Below are positions 5,559 to 13,215 of a DNA stretch of 13,760 bases, piece after piece; positions within the stretch are counted from its first letter, which is position 1, and each line of letters opens with the position of its first letter. Below the pieces are notes generated by a model, which worked only from the letters and a program-made list of their open reading frames with translations, had not been told where the DNA came from and ran no database searches. Position numbers and translations under genes: made by a program. The DNA comes from Candidatus Micrarchaeota archaeon (lineage in GTDB: Archaea; Micrarchaeota; Micrarchaeia; Anstonellales; Bilamarchaeaceae): contig JAGVWJ010000040.1 in assembly GCA_018304385.1 (NCBI GenBank), forward strand, positions 1 to 13,760. Reading direction: 5' to 3'.

Positions 5559-6719
5559 ATGCTCGGAAAGGCCGCCTACCTAAAAAAGCTAACATCAAAG
5601 ATGCGCTTTCGCTCAGTTGAAGTCGGAGAAAAAATGGATGGGAGCAGCCCGCCAAGTGTCTTTATTGGTTCATACGGCTACCCAACAGTCTACGTTGGCC
5701 CGATGCTTACGCCACAATATGGAGATACTTCATTACTTGATTCCCCAGAAGAATGGATTCCTAGAGAAAAACAGCTTAGCGATATAGTTCAATTTAGATT
5801 ACAATTAGTGCGCGGCAAGGCGCAGGTTTGCATTAAAGATTTTGATAATAAATTAGTTTCTAAAATGCAAGAAATCTCTTTATCTAAAAACTCCATTGAC
5901 AGCGAGGCAGAGTTTAAGCATGCGCCGCGCGGCATAACATTTAACGAAGAGCATGCACCTTTTGGGCCAAGTGCGGCAATAAAGAGATTTAATATTGATA
6001 ATGTTAAATGGGAGCACAATTTTGAAAAAGTATATCATGATACAGACCTACTGGCTGGCGATGGGGTAGTTAATCTTTATAAGCAAGGATATGATTTTAC
6101 ACAAATTCAGAAGGCATTCTCAACTGGTACAATGGGTTTGGGAAAAAACAGAAAACTTGTACCTACTCGCTGGAGCATTACTGCGGTTGACTCTATAATA
6201 GGCGAGCATTATCTTGACCAGGTGAAACATTTTGAAATAATAGATAGTTTTGAGGTTTATGAATTTACTGCCTTAAATAATTATTTCGCTATCTTGCTTA
6301 CACCAACGCCATGGCAGTATGAATGGATCGAGGCATTTATCCATGTGTTAGAGGATGAAGAAGCGGTATTTAGCGATTATGAATTGTACCATCCAAAAAA
6401 AGAATATTCGAACGTTGGCGGATGTTATTACTCTGTTCGCAGCGAAGTTACACAAAAACTTGCAATGCGGCGCGCGCAAGCAGGCGCAATAGTTTTTAGA
6501 GAGGCATACCCAGGTTATATCCCGACAGGTGTTTGGCTTTGCAGAGAGGAAACAAAGCATGCACTTGCCCAAAAGCCTAATGAATTCTTTGATTTGAAAT
6601 CTGCAATCTCTTACATATCATCAAAATTAAAATTGCCATTCTATAAATTCCATAGCCAAAGTGTTTTGCTTAAGGAGATAATAAAAAGGAGGCAGATGCT
6701 GCTTGCGAACTATTTATAA
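5559..6719 (+). CDS. nreA: Nre family archaeal DNA repair protein
   Basis: GSSPPSVFIGSYGYP.VYVGP, RKLVPTRWSITAVD, GGCYY and FRE...GY.P.GVW..RE motifs, plus a C-terminal PIP-box-like QMLLANYL. Start placed at ATG 5559 (MLGKAAYL); the longer ORF overlaps the divergent gene. Confidence 0.9.
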   Translation: MLGKAAYLKKLTSKMRFRSVEVGEKMDGSSPPSVFIGSYGYPTVYVGPMLTPQYGDTSLLDSPEEWIPREKQLSDIVQFRLQLVRGKAQVCIKDFDNKLVSKMQEISLSKNSIDSEAEFKHAPRGITFNEEHAPFGPSAAIKRFNIDNVKWEHNFEKVYHDTDLLAGDGVVNLYKQGYDFTQIQKAFSTGTMGLGKNRKLVPTRWSITAVDSIIGEHYLDQVKHFEIIDSFEVYEFTALNNYFAILLTPTPWQYEWIEAFIHVLEDEEAVFSDYELYHPKKEYSNVGGCYYSVRSEVTQKLAMRRAQAGAIVFREAYPGYIPTGVWLCREETKHALAQKPNEFFDLKSAISYISSKLKLPFYKFHSQSVLLKEIIKRRQMLLANYL

Positions 6720-6742
6720 AAATTTACTATCAAAGTCATGTT

Positions 6743-7615
6743 ATGGATTCTAACGAATTAACCAAAAGGATTAATACTGAAGGTTTAGCATTCTTATTCA
6801 ATGCAGTGAAAAGCGACACTTTATTTAATTCTCTTTCGCAAGCGCTAGAAGATAACAGTGTAAAGGAAGCTCTAGCAAACATGCTTATAAGCGAAGGCGA
6901 GAAAACAAAACTGGACAATAAAAAATACTCAGTCTTATTCTCAATTTTAAATGATACTGTTTTTTCTGATAAACTTATTGAGCTTATGACAAGCAACGAA
7001 GGTATAGGGATACTAAAAAAGGTCGTTTCATCTGATGGTGGCGAAGCGCTTGTTCTTGGTGCAATGGACGCAAACTATACAAGTGCGCATGCATTTGTGA
7101 ATAAACTATTGAAAAGAAGAATTGGCAGAAGATTAGTAGTAGAATTAGTTATAGCAGCTTCGCTTAATGATAATATAAAAGTTGGGGCATCCGAGATATC
7201 TCAATCTATGCTCTCAAATAAAGGAAAGGAATTTTTAAGCTTGATATCTGATATAAAAAATCTCCAACAAGCGTTTTCAGATGATACACAAAGTGAGAAA
7301 ATCTTAGATTATTTAAAAGCAAATAGCCAAGAGGCGGCATTGGTATTATCAAATAAGCTCAATGATAAAGAATATACAATCCAACTTATTAGTGTCTTAA
7401 CAAGCGAAAGTGGAAAAACATTCTGCAGTTTAATCGGTAAGAGTGGTTTTGGTAAGAAAATTGGAGGCGGCAAGCTCTGGCATACCAAAGGAGGGCGCGA
7501 TTTTGTGCATGAGATGCTGAAAAAAGAAGATGGTGCTTATGCGATTTATGCAATAGTTACAGGTATGAGCGTTGCTGAATTTATTGCATATACTGCTAAG
7601 TTGGAAGGAGAATAA
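6743..7615 (+). CDS. Hypothetical protein (290 aa, predicted alpha-helical with recurring S-x-x-G motif)
   Basis: Long ORF that fills the gap between nre and the antiporter. No signal peptide. No family recognised. Confidence 0.7.
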   Translation: MDSNELTKRINTEGLAFLFNAVKSDTLFNSLSQALEDNSVKEALANMLISEGEKTKLDNKKYSVLFSILNDTVFSDKLIELMTSNEGIGILKKVVSSDGGEALVLGAMDANYTSAHAFVNKLLKRRIGRRLVVELVIAASLNDNIKVGASEISQSMLSNKGKEFLSLISDIKNLQQAFSDDTQSEKILDYLKANSQEAALVLSNKLNDKEYTIQLISVLTSESGKTFCSLIGKSGFGKKIGGGKLWHTKGGRDFVHEMLKKEDGAYAIYAIVTGMSVAEFIAYTAKLEGE

Positions 7616-8872
7616 TTATTTTTTCTTATTTTGTTTCTTAACTTCAGACTTACTCTCTTGTTTTTTGTAAACAAATGGAACTAGAATGCTAGTTAGAATG
7701 ATAGTAAGGATAATTATATTAAAGGCGATTTCTGGAAGATTCGTAAGTTTTGAAATTAAATCTTGCCCATTTGTTACCTGTGCTTTTTGTAAATATGATT
7801 GCACAGTTGTTAACGGATAGGTAGCAAGAACTGCTGTTGCTAATCCACGCGGGCTTATTACAGTTATTATATTACTATATGGGGATAATTCAGAACTTCT
7901 GGTTACAAATTTTGTTATTAGGTATCTTATCAATAAGAAAGAAATAACTAGCCCTAGTGCAATTATAAAATTATTAATATTACTAAAATTTACAATAATA
8001 CCTAAGAAGACAAAGAAAAAGGTTCTTATTATAAATGAAATTTCTGTATGAAACTCTCTTATAAAAATCCTTTCACTAGCCTCTTCTATTCTTATTATTT
8101 TTCTTACCAAGTTCTCATTACCAAGCATTATGCTAAATATTAAGACACCTATCGCCCCGCTACCTCCAAAAAACTCTGAGAGCGCATAAAGAATTAAGAT
8201 TACCCCTAACATTACCATATAGCTATATCCTTTTTCAATCCTTGAGAAAATAGAGATAAATAAAATACCGCCAACTATGCCAACTAGCGTACCAACAGAA
8301 AAGGTACTTAATATACCTTGACCAATCATCTGCACATCAATAAAACCAGATAATAGATTTTGAGTCAGCACTATTGTAAGAATAATTGAGAAAATATCTG
8401 TTATTGAAGATTCTAATGTTAAGAATCTACCAACATCTTTTGGAAGTTCTAATCCTTTTAATATAGATATAGTAGTAGTAGACCCAATGCCTCCTGCAAT
8501 TGCACCTACTATGGCACCTATAAGAAAATCAAAACCAAACCCTTGCATTAAAAATCCTGCTGCAAACATACTTGCAACAGTTATCAAAATCGACATTAGA
8601 AATATTCTGCCGCTTTTGAATAGAACATCTAGGATATTAAGTGTCAGTCCACCATCAAAAAGTAAAATTATCAGTGCAAGCGTCCCAAATAAGCTTTGTA
8701 GTCCTGTTAGATCAGCTACATCTACATAACCACTTACTTTTAGTAAATATCCGATTAAAAGAAGCATAATTGTACTAGGTATGCTAAATTTTTTTGAGAA
8801 TAACTCTCCTATATACCCAATTATAATAATACCGCCAAATACTAAGAACGCACCTTCAATTCCTATTGCCAT
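7616..8872 (-). CDS. Cation:proton antiporter, CPA1/NhaP type
   Basis: About 12-13 hydrophobic helices, with ILLFDGGL, LESSITD (ES..xD motif), F...FVFLG and PRGLATAVLA motifs typical of NhaP-like CPA1 transporters. Confidence 0.88.
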   Translation of the reverse strand: MAIGIEGAFLVFGGIIIIGYIGELFSKKFSIPSTIMLLLIGYLLKVSGYVDVADLTGLQSLFGTLALIILLFDGGLTLNILDVLFKSGRIFLMSILITVASMFAAGFLMQGFGFDFLIGAIVGAIAGGIGSTTTISILKGLELPKDVGRFLTLESSITDIFSIILTIVLTQNLLSGFIDVQMIGQGILSTFSVGTLVGIVGGILFISIFSRIEKGYSYMVMLGVILILYALSEFFGGSGAIGVLIFSIMLGNENLVRKIIRIEEASERIFIREFHTEISFIIRTFFFVFLGIIVNFSNINNFIIALGLVISFLLIRYLITKFVTRSSELSPYSNIITVISPRGLATAVLATYPLTTVQSYLQKAQVTNGQDLISKLTNLPEIAFNIIILTIILTSILVPFVYKKQESKSEVKKQNKKK

Positions 8873-8931
8873 AAGATATAATGATACTTAAGGATTAAAA
8901 ATTATGCGAGTGAAATTTATTTGGTGGTATA

Positions 8932-9531
8932 TTGGTTCTAGTTAGCTCTAGATATGACATATTAAAAAAAGGAGAGAAGGCAGTGAATTTTTCTCTGCAA
9001 GGCATTGACGGAAAGACTTATTCGCTCGCAAGCTTTGCAAAAGCAAAGGCATTACTAATTATATTTATGTGCAATCACTGCCCATATGTAAGACCCAAGT
9101 TTGATTATTTTGTAGAATTGCAAAGACGCTACGCTTCGCAAGGATTGCAGATAGTTGGAATAAATCCAAATGATCCGACTAATTATCCAGATGATAATTT
9201 AGATGGGATGACACAAACTGCGCGAGAACAGGAATTTAATTTTCCATATTTAGTTGATGAAAAACAAAAGATTGCTATAAAATATGGTGCAATCTGCACA
9301 CCTGACCCATATTTATTTAATGAGAAACGCGAGCTTGTTTATCATGGCAGGTTTGATGATGCGCATAAGCTTCCGCATGACAATGCAAAAACTAGCGAAA
9401 TTGAAGACGCCATTAAGCAGGTGCTCGCTGGAAAAGAAGTAACTGTAGAAACAATGCCAAGCATGGGCTGCTCGATAAAGTGGACAAGGGGAAATGAACC
9501 CAAATATTACATTGATGCCCTACCGTCCTAG
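8932..9531 (+). CDS. Thioredoxin-fold AhpC/TSA family protein
   Basis: FMCNHCPYV redox motif, YGAICTPD, Y.GRFDD and C-terminal SMGCSIKW. TTG start preceded by an SD-like GGTGGT (8923-8928). Confidence 0.9.
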   Translation: MVLVSSRYDILKKGEKAVNFSLQGIDGKTYSLASFAKAKALLIIFMCNHCPYVRPKFDYFVELQRRYASQGLQIVGINPNDPTNYPDDNLDGMTQTAREQEFNFPYLVDEKQKIAIKYGAICTPDPYLFNEKRELVYHGRFDDAHKLPHDNAKTSEIEDAIKQVLAGKEVTVETMPSMGCSIKWTRGNEPKYYIDALPS

Positions 9532-9673
9532 CAAAAGAATGATTGACAAGGAGTAGGAAAGTGTGCTAAAGCTTTTTTAAAATTTAACGGCAGAATTGTT
9601 GATTTAAATCATTGATGAGCTCCCTAATAACAATGTATTTAAATCACCTAAAAGAAGTAATGTTGGTGATCTC

Positions 9674-11233
9674 ATGCGTATCCCATTGTATGCAGTGTTT
9701 ATGTTAGTTATAGTTTTTTCAGTTCTTGTTTATGCTTCATCTAACTCTCCAGAAGGGGGCATGCCAGAGGAATACAAAGAGTACATGGAAAAATATGGCT
9801 CACCCCCAGAAGGCATGAATACACCTGAAGGTTTTAATCCAGAAGATATGAAAAAGTATGGTCAACCTCCAGAAGGTTTTGATCCTACAAAAATGGGTGC
9901 GCCGCCAGAAGGATTTAATTATAGTTATGGCACTGGGAACTCATATGGATATTCAACAGGTTATTCATCAAGTTATAGCTACTCGTATTCTGGCAGCGGT
10001 TCAACTGTAAGTTCTGAAATGGGCTTTCCAGAAGATTACGAAAAATATAAGGAGATGATCATGTCCAACGGTGGCCAGCCATTAGATAAGGATTTTTTCG
10101 ATTCTAAAAAAGATGAATGGAAAAAGAATTTCGAAGGAATGAAAGACTTTAAACAAGGAACAATGGTTCTTCCTTCTTATGACAATCCCCACATGTCAGC
10201 AGGAACAACGCTAAGCGAGGATGAAATGAAAAAACTACAAGAAGATTTTATGAAAAGATACAATGAAGGAGAGGATAAAGAAAAATTAATGGAAGACTGG
10301 AGAGAAAAGGTTGAACCATTTATGTACGCAGCGAAGCCTGAAAAATCAACAATGATGGTAGATCCAGCAAAATATGGGGAGTATGAAGGCCGTTTTGGCG
10401 CAACAATAGATATGGTCTGCGCTGTTACTGCTGGAAGCGAGGGCAAGGCATGCGAGCGCTTACAAGAGATAGCAAGTGATCCCTGCTCTGGTAAAACTGG
10501 CGAAGAACAAGCAACCTGTGTTCGTGCAAAAGAAGAAATGGCTGAATGCATGAGCAGCGGGGTAAACATGGAAGAATGCGCAAAGGAATTCAGTTCATCT
10601 CCTGAATATATGAAATATAAGAAATATGAATGTCAAAGTGAAGAATGTACAAGAAGATACCAATCTGTTTCTACAGAATTGGTTGTTATTATGGATATGG
10701 ACGGTGAGGTTCAAACATGCAGAAATGATGCACAATGCATAGAAGATGCAAAGAAAAAATACTGCGACCATATGAATAATAAATGGCAGGAATTTAAGAG
10801 AATGAGTAAAGAAGAGAAAAAGAAAATGATGGAAAAAATGAAAGAGGAATCAGTTAAATACTTTGATGAGATTAAGAAAAATGCAGCAGAAGTAGAACAA
10901 AAGTTTTCTGAGAATCAAAAACAGGTTTATAATAAACTAGAGGGCACGATGTTTGATGAGTACGCGCAATATATATCAAAGAAAGAGAAAGAACGTGATG
11001 AAGTTAAAGCACAAGGAAAGGACACGAGTGAATTAGATTTTATAATATCACAGATGAAGGATCAGTTAGATGCTGCTAGGAAGGCAATGACTGAAGAAAG
11101 ATATAAAGATTCCCTTAAGCCGCTAAAATCAATAAATAACGATTTACATAAGGAATTCGAGGAGGCAATGAAGTTTATAGAAGATAAAACAGATTATGAG
11201 CCTCCAGCGGATGTACTGCAATGTAATGGCTAG
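9674..11233 (+). CDS. Large secreted hypothetical protein (PEG repeats, Tyr/Ser linker, Cys-rich core, coiled-coil tail)
   Basis: SD GGTGAT at 9665-9670, N-terminal signal peptide (MRIPLYAVFMLVIVFSVLVYA), 12 Cys, about 35 Met, and an E/K-rich C-terminal half. Confidence 0.8.
   Translation: MRIPLYAVFMLVIVFSVLVYASSNSPEGGMPEEYKEYMEKYGSPPEGMNTPEGFNPEDMKKYGQPPEGFDPTKMGAPPEGFNYSYGTGNSYGYSTGYSSSYSYSYSGSGSTVSSEMGFPEDYEKYKEMIMSNGGQPLDKDFFDSKKDEWKKNFEGMKDFKQGTMVLPSYDNPHMSAGTTLSEDEMKKLQEDFMKRYNEGEDKEKLMEDWREKVEPFMYAAKPEKSTMMVDPAKYGEYEGRFGATIDMVCAVTAGSEGKACERLQEIASDPCSGKTGEEQATCVRAKEEMAECMSSGVNMEECAKEFSSSPEYMKYKKYECQSEECTRRYQSVSTELVVIMDMDGEVQTCRNDAQCIEDAKKKYCDHMNNKWQEFKRMSKEEKKKMMEKMKEESVKYFDEIKKNAAEVEQKFSENQKQVYNKLEGTMFDEYAQYISKKEKERDEVKAQGKDTSELDFIISQMKDQLDAARKAMTEERYKDSLKPLKSINNDLHKEFEEAMKFIEDKTDYEPPADVLQCNG
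9746..9919 (+). repeat. Five imperfect intragenic repeats encoding (P)PEG(F/M)
   Basis: SPEGG, PPEGM, TPEGF, PPEGF, PPEGF. The DNA core CCAGAAGG (once CCTGAAGG) recurs at uneven spacing. Confidence 0.75.
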
Positions 11234-11242
11234 GTGTTTACT

Positions 11243-11440
11243 ATGAAAAACATTGTTTTTATTTTAGTTTTTGCGACAGTTTTAGTTTTATTATTTGGCT
11301 GTGCGCAGCAAAAAGAGGAGAAAAAAGATAGTGCTCCAGCGCCGCAACCAGCGCCTGCACCGCCTCCAGCAGAAAAACCCAAGCTTGGAGAAGGGGATCA
11401 GGCTATAGAAGAAGATGAAATACCTAAGCCACCAGAATAA
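11243..11440 (+). CDS. Small Pro-rich lipoprotein-like protein (65 aa)
   Basis: MKNIVFILVFATVLVLLFGC signal ending in Cys, followed by a PAPQPAPAPPP linker and an acidic tail. The SD-like GGTG overlaps the upstream TAG. In-frame GTG 11234 is an alternative start. Confidence 0.75.
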   Translation: MKNIVFILVFATVLVLLFGCAQQKEEKKDSAPAPQPAPAPPPAEKPKLGEGDQAIEEDEIPKPPE

Positions 11441-11471
11441 TCTATTTTTATTCTTTGTCTTTGATTATTTT

Positions 11472-12491
11472 ATGATACTTATGCTTAAACGCGACCAGAT
11501 TATAATTTTGTTAGATGCAGTAATATCCATAGGGCTAATTGTATTTATTCTAAGCTATGTAGGCATTAATGAGGTTATTGATCATTTACTAAAAGTTGAT
11601 TTGTTTCTATTATTTCTTTCAATTATATTTTTACTGGCAATGTACATTGGTATGTCTGCAAGAATAAAAATCTTATTGCATGATTTAGGGATTAAGCTTG
11701 GCTGGCCTGCAATATTACGCTCGCATTTTGTTGGTATGTTGCTTGCAGATTTTACTCCTGCACGCAGCGGGTATTTTGCAACTGCTGCATCCCTGCATTA
11801 TAACTACAAGGTTCCGAGCGAGAAAGCTTTGATATCTATTTTTGGTCCGCAGATATTTGATTTTGTTCTTAAGGTTACAGCAGGTATGGCGGGCGTGCTA
11901 TTGCTATTATCTAAATTTTTAAAAGAAGGTGAGGGCGCAATACTATATATTGCAGGAGCAGGCATGAGTATTTTAGTCATTACAATGATTCTGCTTTTAT
12001 TTTCTCAACGCTTTCTCGCATTATTTAATTTCACAATGCGATTGCCGCTTGTTGGTGGATTAGCTACAAAAGTAATTAGTATCTTTGAGAGAATGCAGGA
12101 AAGCTCGCATGTTGTAATCAAACGTACACCGCATTTAATCGTTCTTTTAATATTTACCTGGTCAATGAAAGCGATTTCATGGTATTTTGTTGCGAAAAGT
12201 TTAGGTATTACTATTAGCGGTATAGACTTCCATGAGGTTTTCTTTTATTTCTTTTTCCAGCCACTAATTACAATGCTTGAGTTTATGCCTTCGCCAACAA
12301 TCGCTGGCGTTGGCTTAAGCGAAGGTGGCTCTGCATTAGTTATGGCTTTGTTTGGTGTTACACCTGCAGCTGCTACTTCTTTTGCAATATTAGCAAGGGG
12401 CAAAACAATTCTAATTAATTTAGTTGCAATACCAGATACAATAAAAATTATTCCGAAGTTTTTTGATTCAAAAGTGAAAACGCATTTGTGA
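11472..12491 (+). CDS. UPF0104 / lysylphosphatidylglycerol-synthase-TM-like (flippase-like) membrane protein
   Basis: About 8 TM segments, R...LL, TP.R.G-type motif (DFTPARSG), QIFD and P....G.G..EG signature (PSPTIAGVGLSEGG). Start is ATG 11472 or 11481; the longer ORF start overlaps the previous gene. Confidence 0.82.
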   Translation: MILMLKRDQIIILLDAVISIGLIVFILSYVGINEVIDHLLKVDLFLLFLSIIFLLAMYIGMSARIKILLHDLGIKLGWPAILRSHFVGMLLADFTPARSGYFATAASLHYNYKVPSEKALISIFGPQIFDFVLKVTAGMAGVLLLLSKFLKEGEGAILYIAGAGMSILVITMILLLFSQRFLALFNFTMRLPLVGGLATKVISIFERMQESSHVVIKRTPHLIVLLIFTWSMKAISWYFVAKSLGITISGIDFHEVFFYFFFQPLITMLEFMPSPTIAGVGLSEGGSALVMALFGVTPAAATSFAILARGKTILINLVAIPDTIKIIPKFFDSKVKTHL

Positions 12492-12902
12492 TCAAAGTAA
12501 CTTTATTATATCTTCAGTTTTGAAAATCTTTATTCTGTTTTGCTTATCAAAATGTCCATCTTCTGAGAATATACCATCGGCTTTAATTGCAAGCGCACAC
12601 GCAATAAATATAGAATCGGTCGGATCTATATCTTTCATTAATTCCTCAGCTTCATGCATAAATGGTTCAATGTCCTTCTTTTCAACCAATTCTAGATCCA
12701 GCAGTATAGAAGAATATAAGGTTTCTAACTCTTCGTCGCTTAAACCGCTTTTCTCCTTTACTAAGGCTCGATGCTTTAATACCTCTTCTAAAGCCCCTTC
12801 TGATGTGAAAAATTCGAATTTATTTGAATGGATTATCTCCCTTGTTGTACCGCTTCGTATTAGCGCGGCCAATAATCGATTAGTGTCTATTACTAATCTC
12901 AT
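12492..12902 (-). CDS. vapC: PIN-domain protein, putative VapC-type toxin
   Basis: VIDTN at the N-terminus, a conserved E (EGALEEV), DPTD..FIACAL and SEDGHF, which give the acidic PIN active-site set. It has a 4-nt ATGA overlap with the upstream small gene. Confidence 0.88.
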   Translation of the reverse strand: MRLVIDTNRLLAALIRSGTTREIIHSNKFEFFTSEGALEEVLKHRALVKEKSGLSDEELETLYSSILLDLELVEKKDIEPFMHEAEELMKDIDPTDSIFIACALAIKADGIFSEDGHFDKQNRIKIFKTEDIIKLL

Positions 12903-13120
12903 TTAGAGTACCTTTTATAAAGAGCCTTTTTTATTATGTGATCAAGTTCATCAATATCGCTTTCTTTTAGTTTACTTTTTTCTACTAATTTTTCAGTTAG
13001 TTGTATCAATCTGGCTTTATCTGTAATTGCCTTTCTAGCTAACGCTTCCCAATTTACCTCTGAATGTTTTTGAACAATTTTTTGCACTTCGACCGGAATA
13101 TGAACATTTATATTTTCCAT
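12899..13120 (-). CDS. Putative RHH-type antitoxin
   Basis: 73 aa with an N-terminal alternating beta strand (NINVHIP) and two helices (VNWEALARKAI) typical of archaeal ribbon-helix-helix antitoxins. It is translationally coupled to the PIN gene and has an AGGTGA SD at 13125-13130. Confidence 0.78.
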   Translation of the reverse strand: MENINVHIPVEVQKIVQKHSEVNWEALARKAITDKARLIQLTEKLVEKSKLKESDIDELDHIIKKALYKRYSK

Positions 13121-13151
13121 AATTTCACCTGTTTTATACTTTGTTTACGGG

Positions 13152-13163
13152 AATTTATAAATT
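13152..13163 (-). promoter_or_regulatory. TATA box of the toxin-antitoxin operon
   Basis: AATTTATAAATT palindrome with a TTTATAAA core. It predicts a start near 13130, just upstream of the SD. Confidence 0.55.
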
Positions 13164-13215
13164 TTTCTATCAGCACAGCACAAAATAAAATGTTCATAAT
13201 TCTGTTTTTTATCCA

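Noticed and set aside
5397-5560. N-terminal extensions of nre (from 5397) and of the Cys/His protein (from 5560)
   Set aside because: They would make the divergent genes overlap and bury the promoter. Family-like or signal-peptide sequence begins at 5559 and 5506.
3551-6996. ORFs 3551-3967, 4868-5077, 5789-6019, 6348-6572 and 6736-6996
   Set aside because: All are antisense to well-supported genes and have composition typical of reverse-frame reads.
9613-9670. TGATGA as the C box of an intergenic C/D sRNA
   Set aside because: It lacks the preceding purine, has no downstream CTGA D box and has no terminal stem.
11415-11471. Upstream start of the flippase-like ORF at 11415
   Set aside because: It overlaps the small lipoprotein gene and translates a T-rich spacer. 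ATG 11472 or 11481 directly precedes the first TM helix.
8487-12906. ORFs 8487-8729, 10177-10569 and 12520-12906
   Set aside because: They are antisense shadows of the antiporter, secreted protein and PIN genes.
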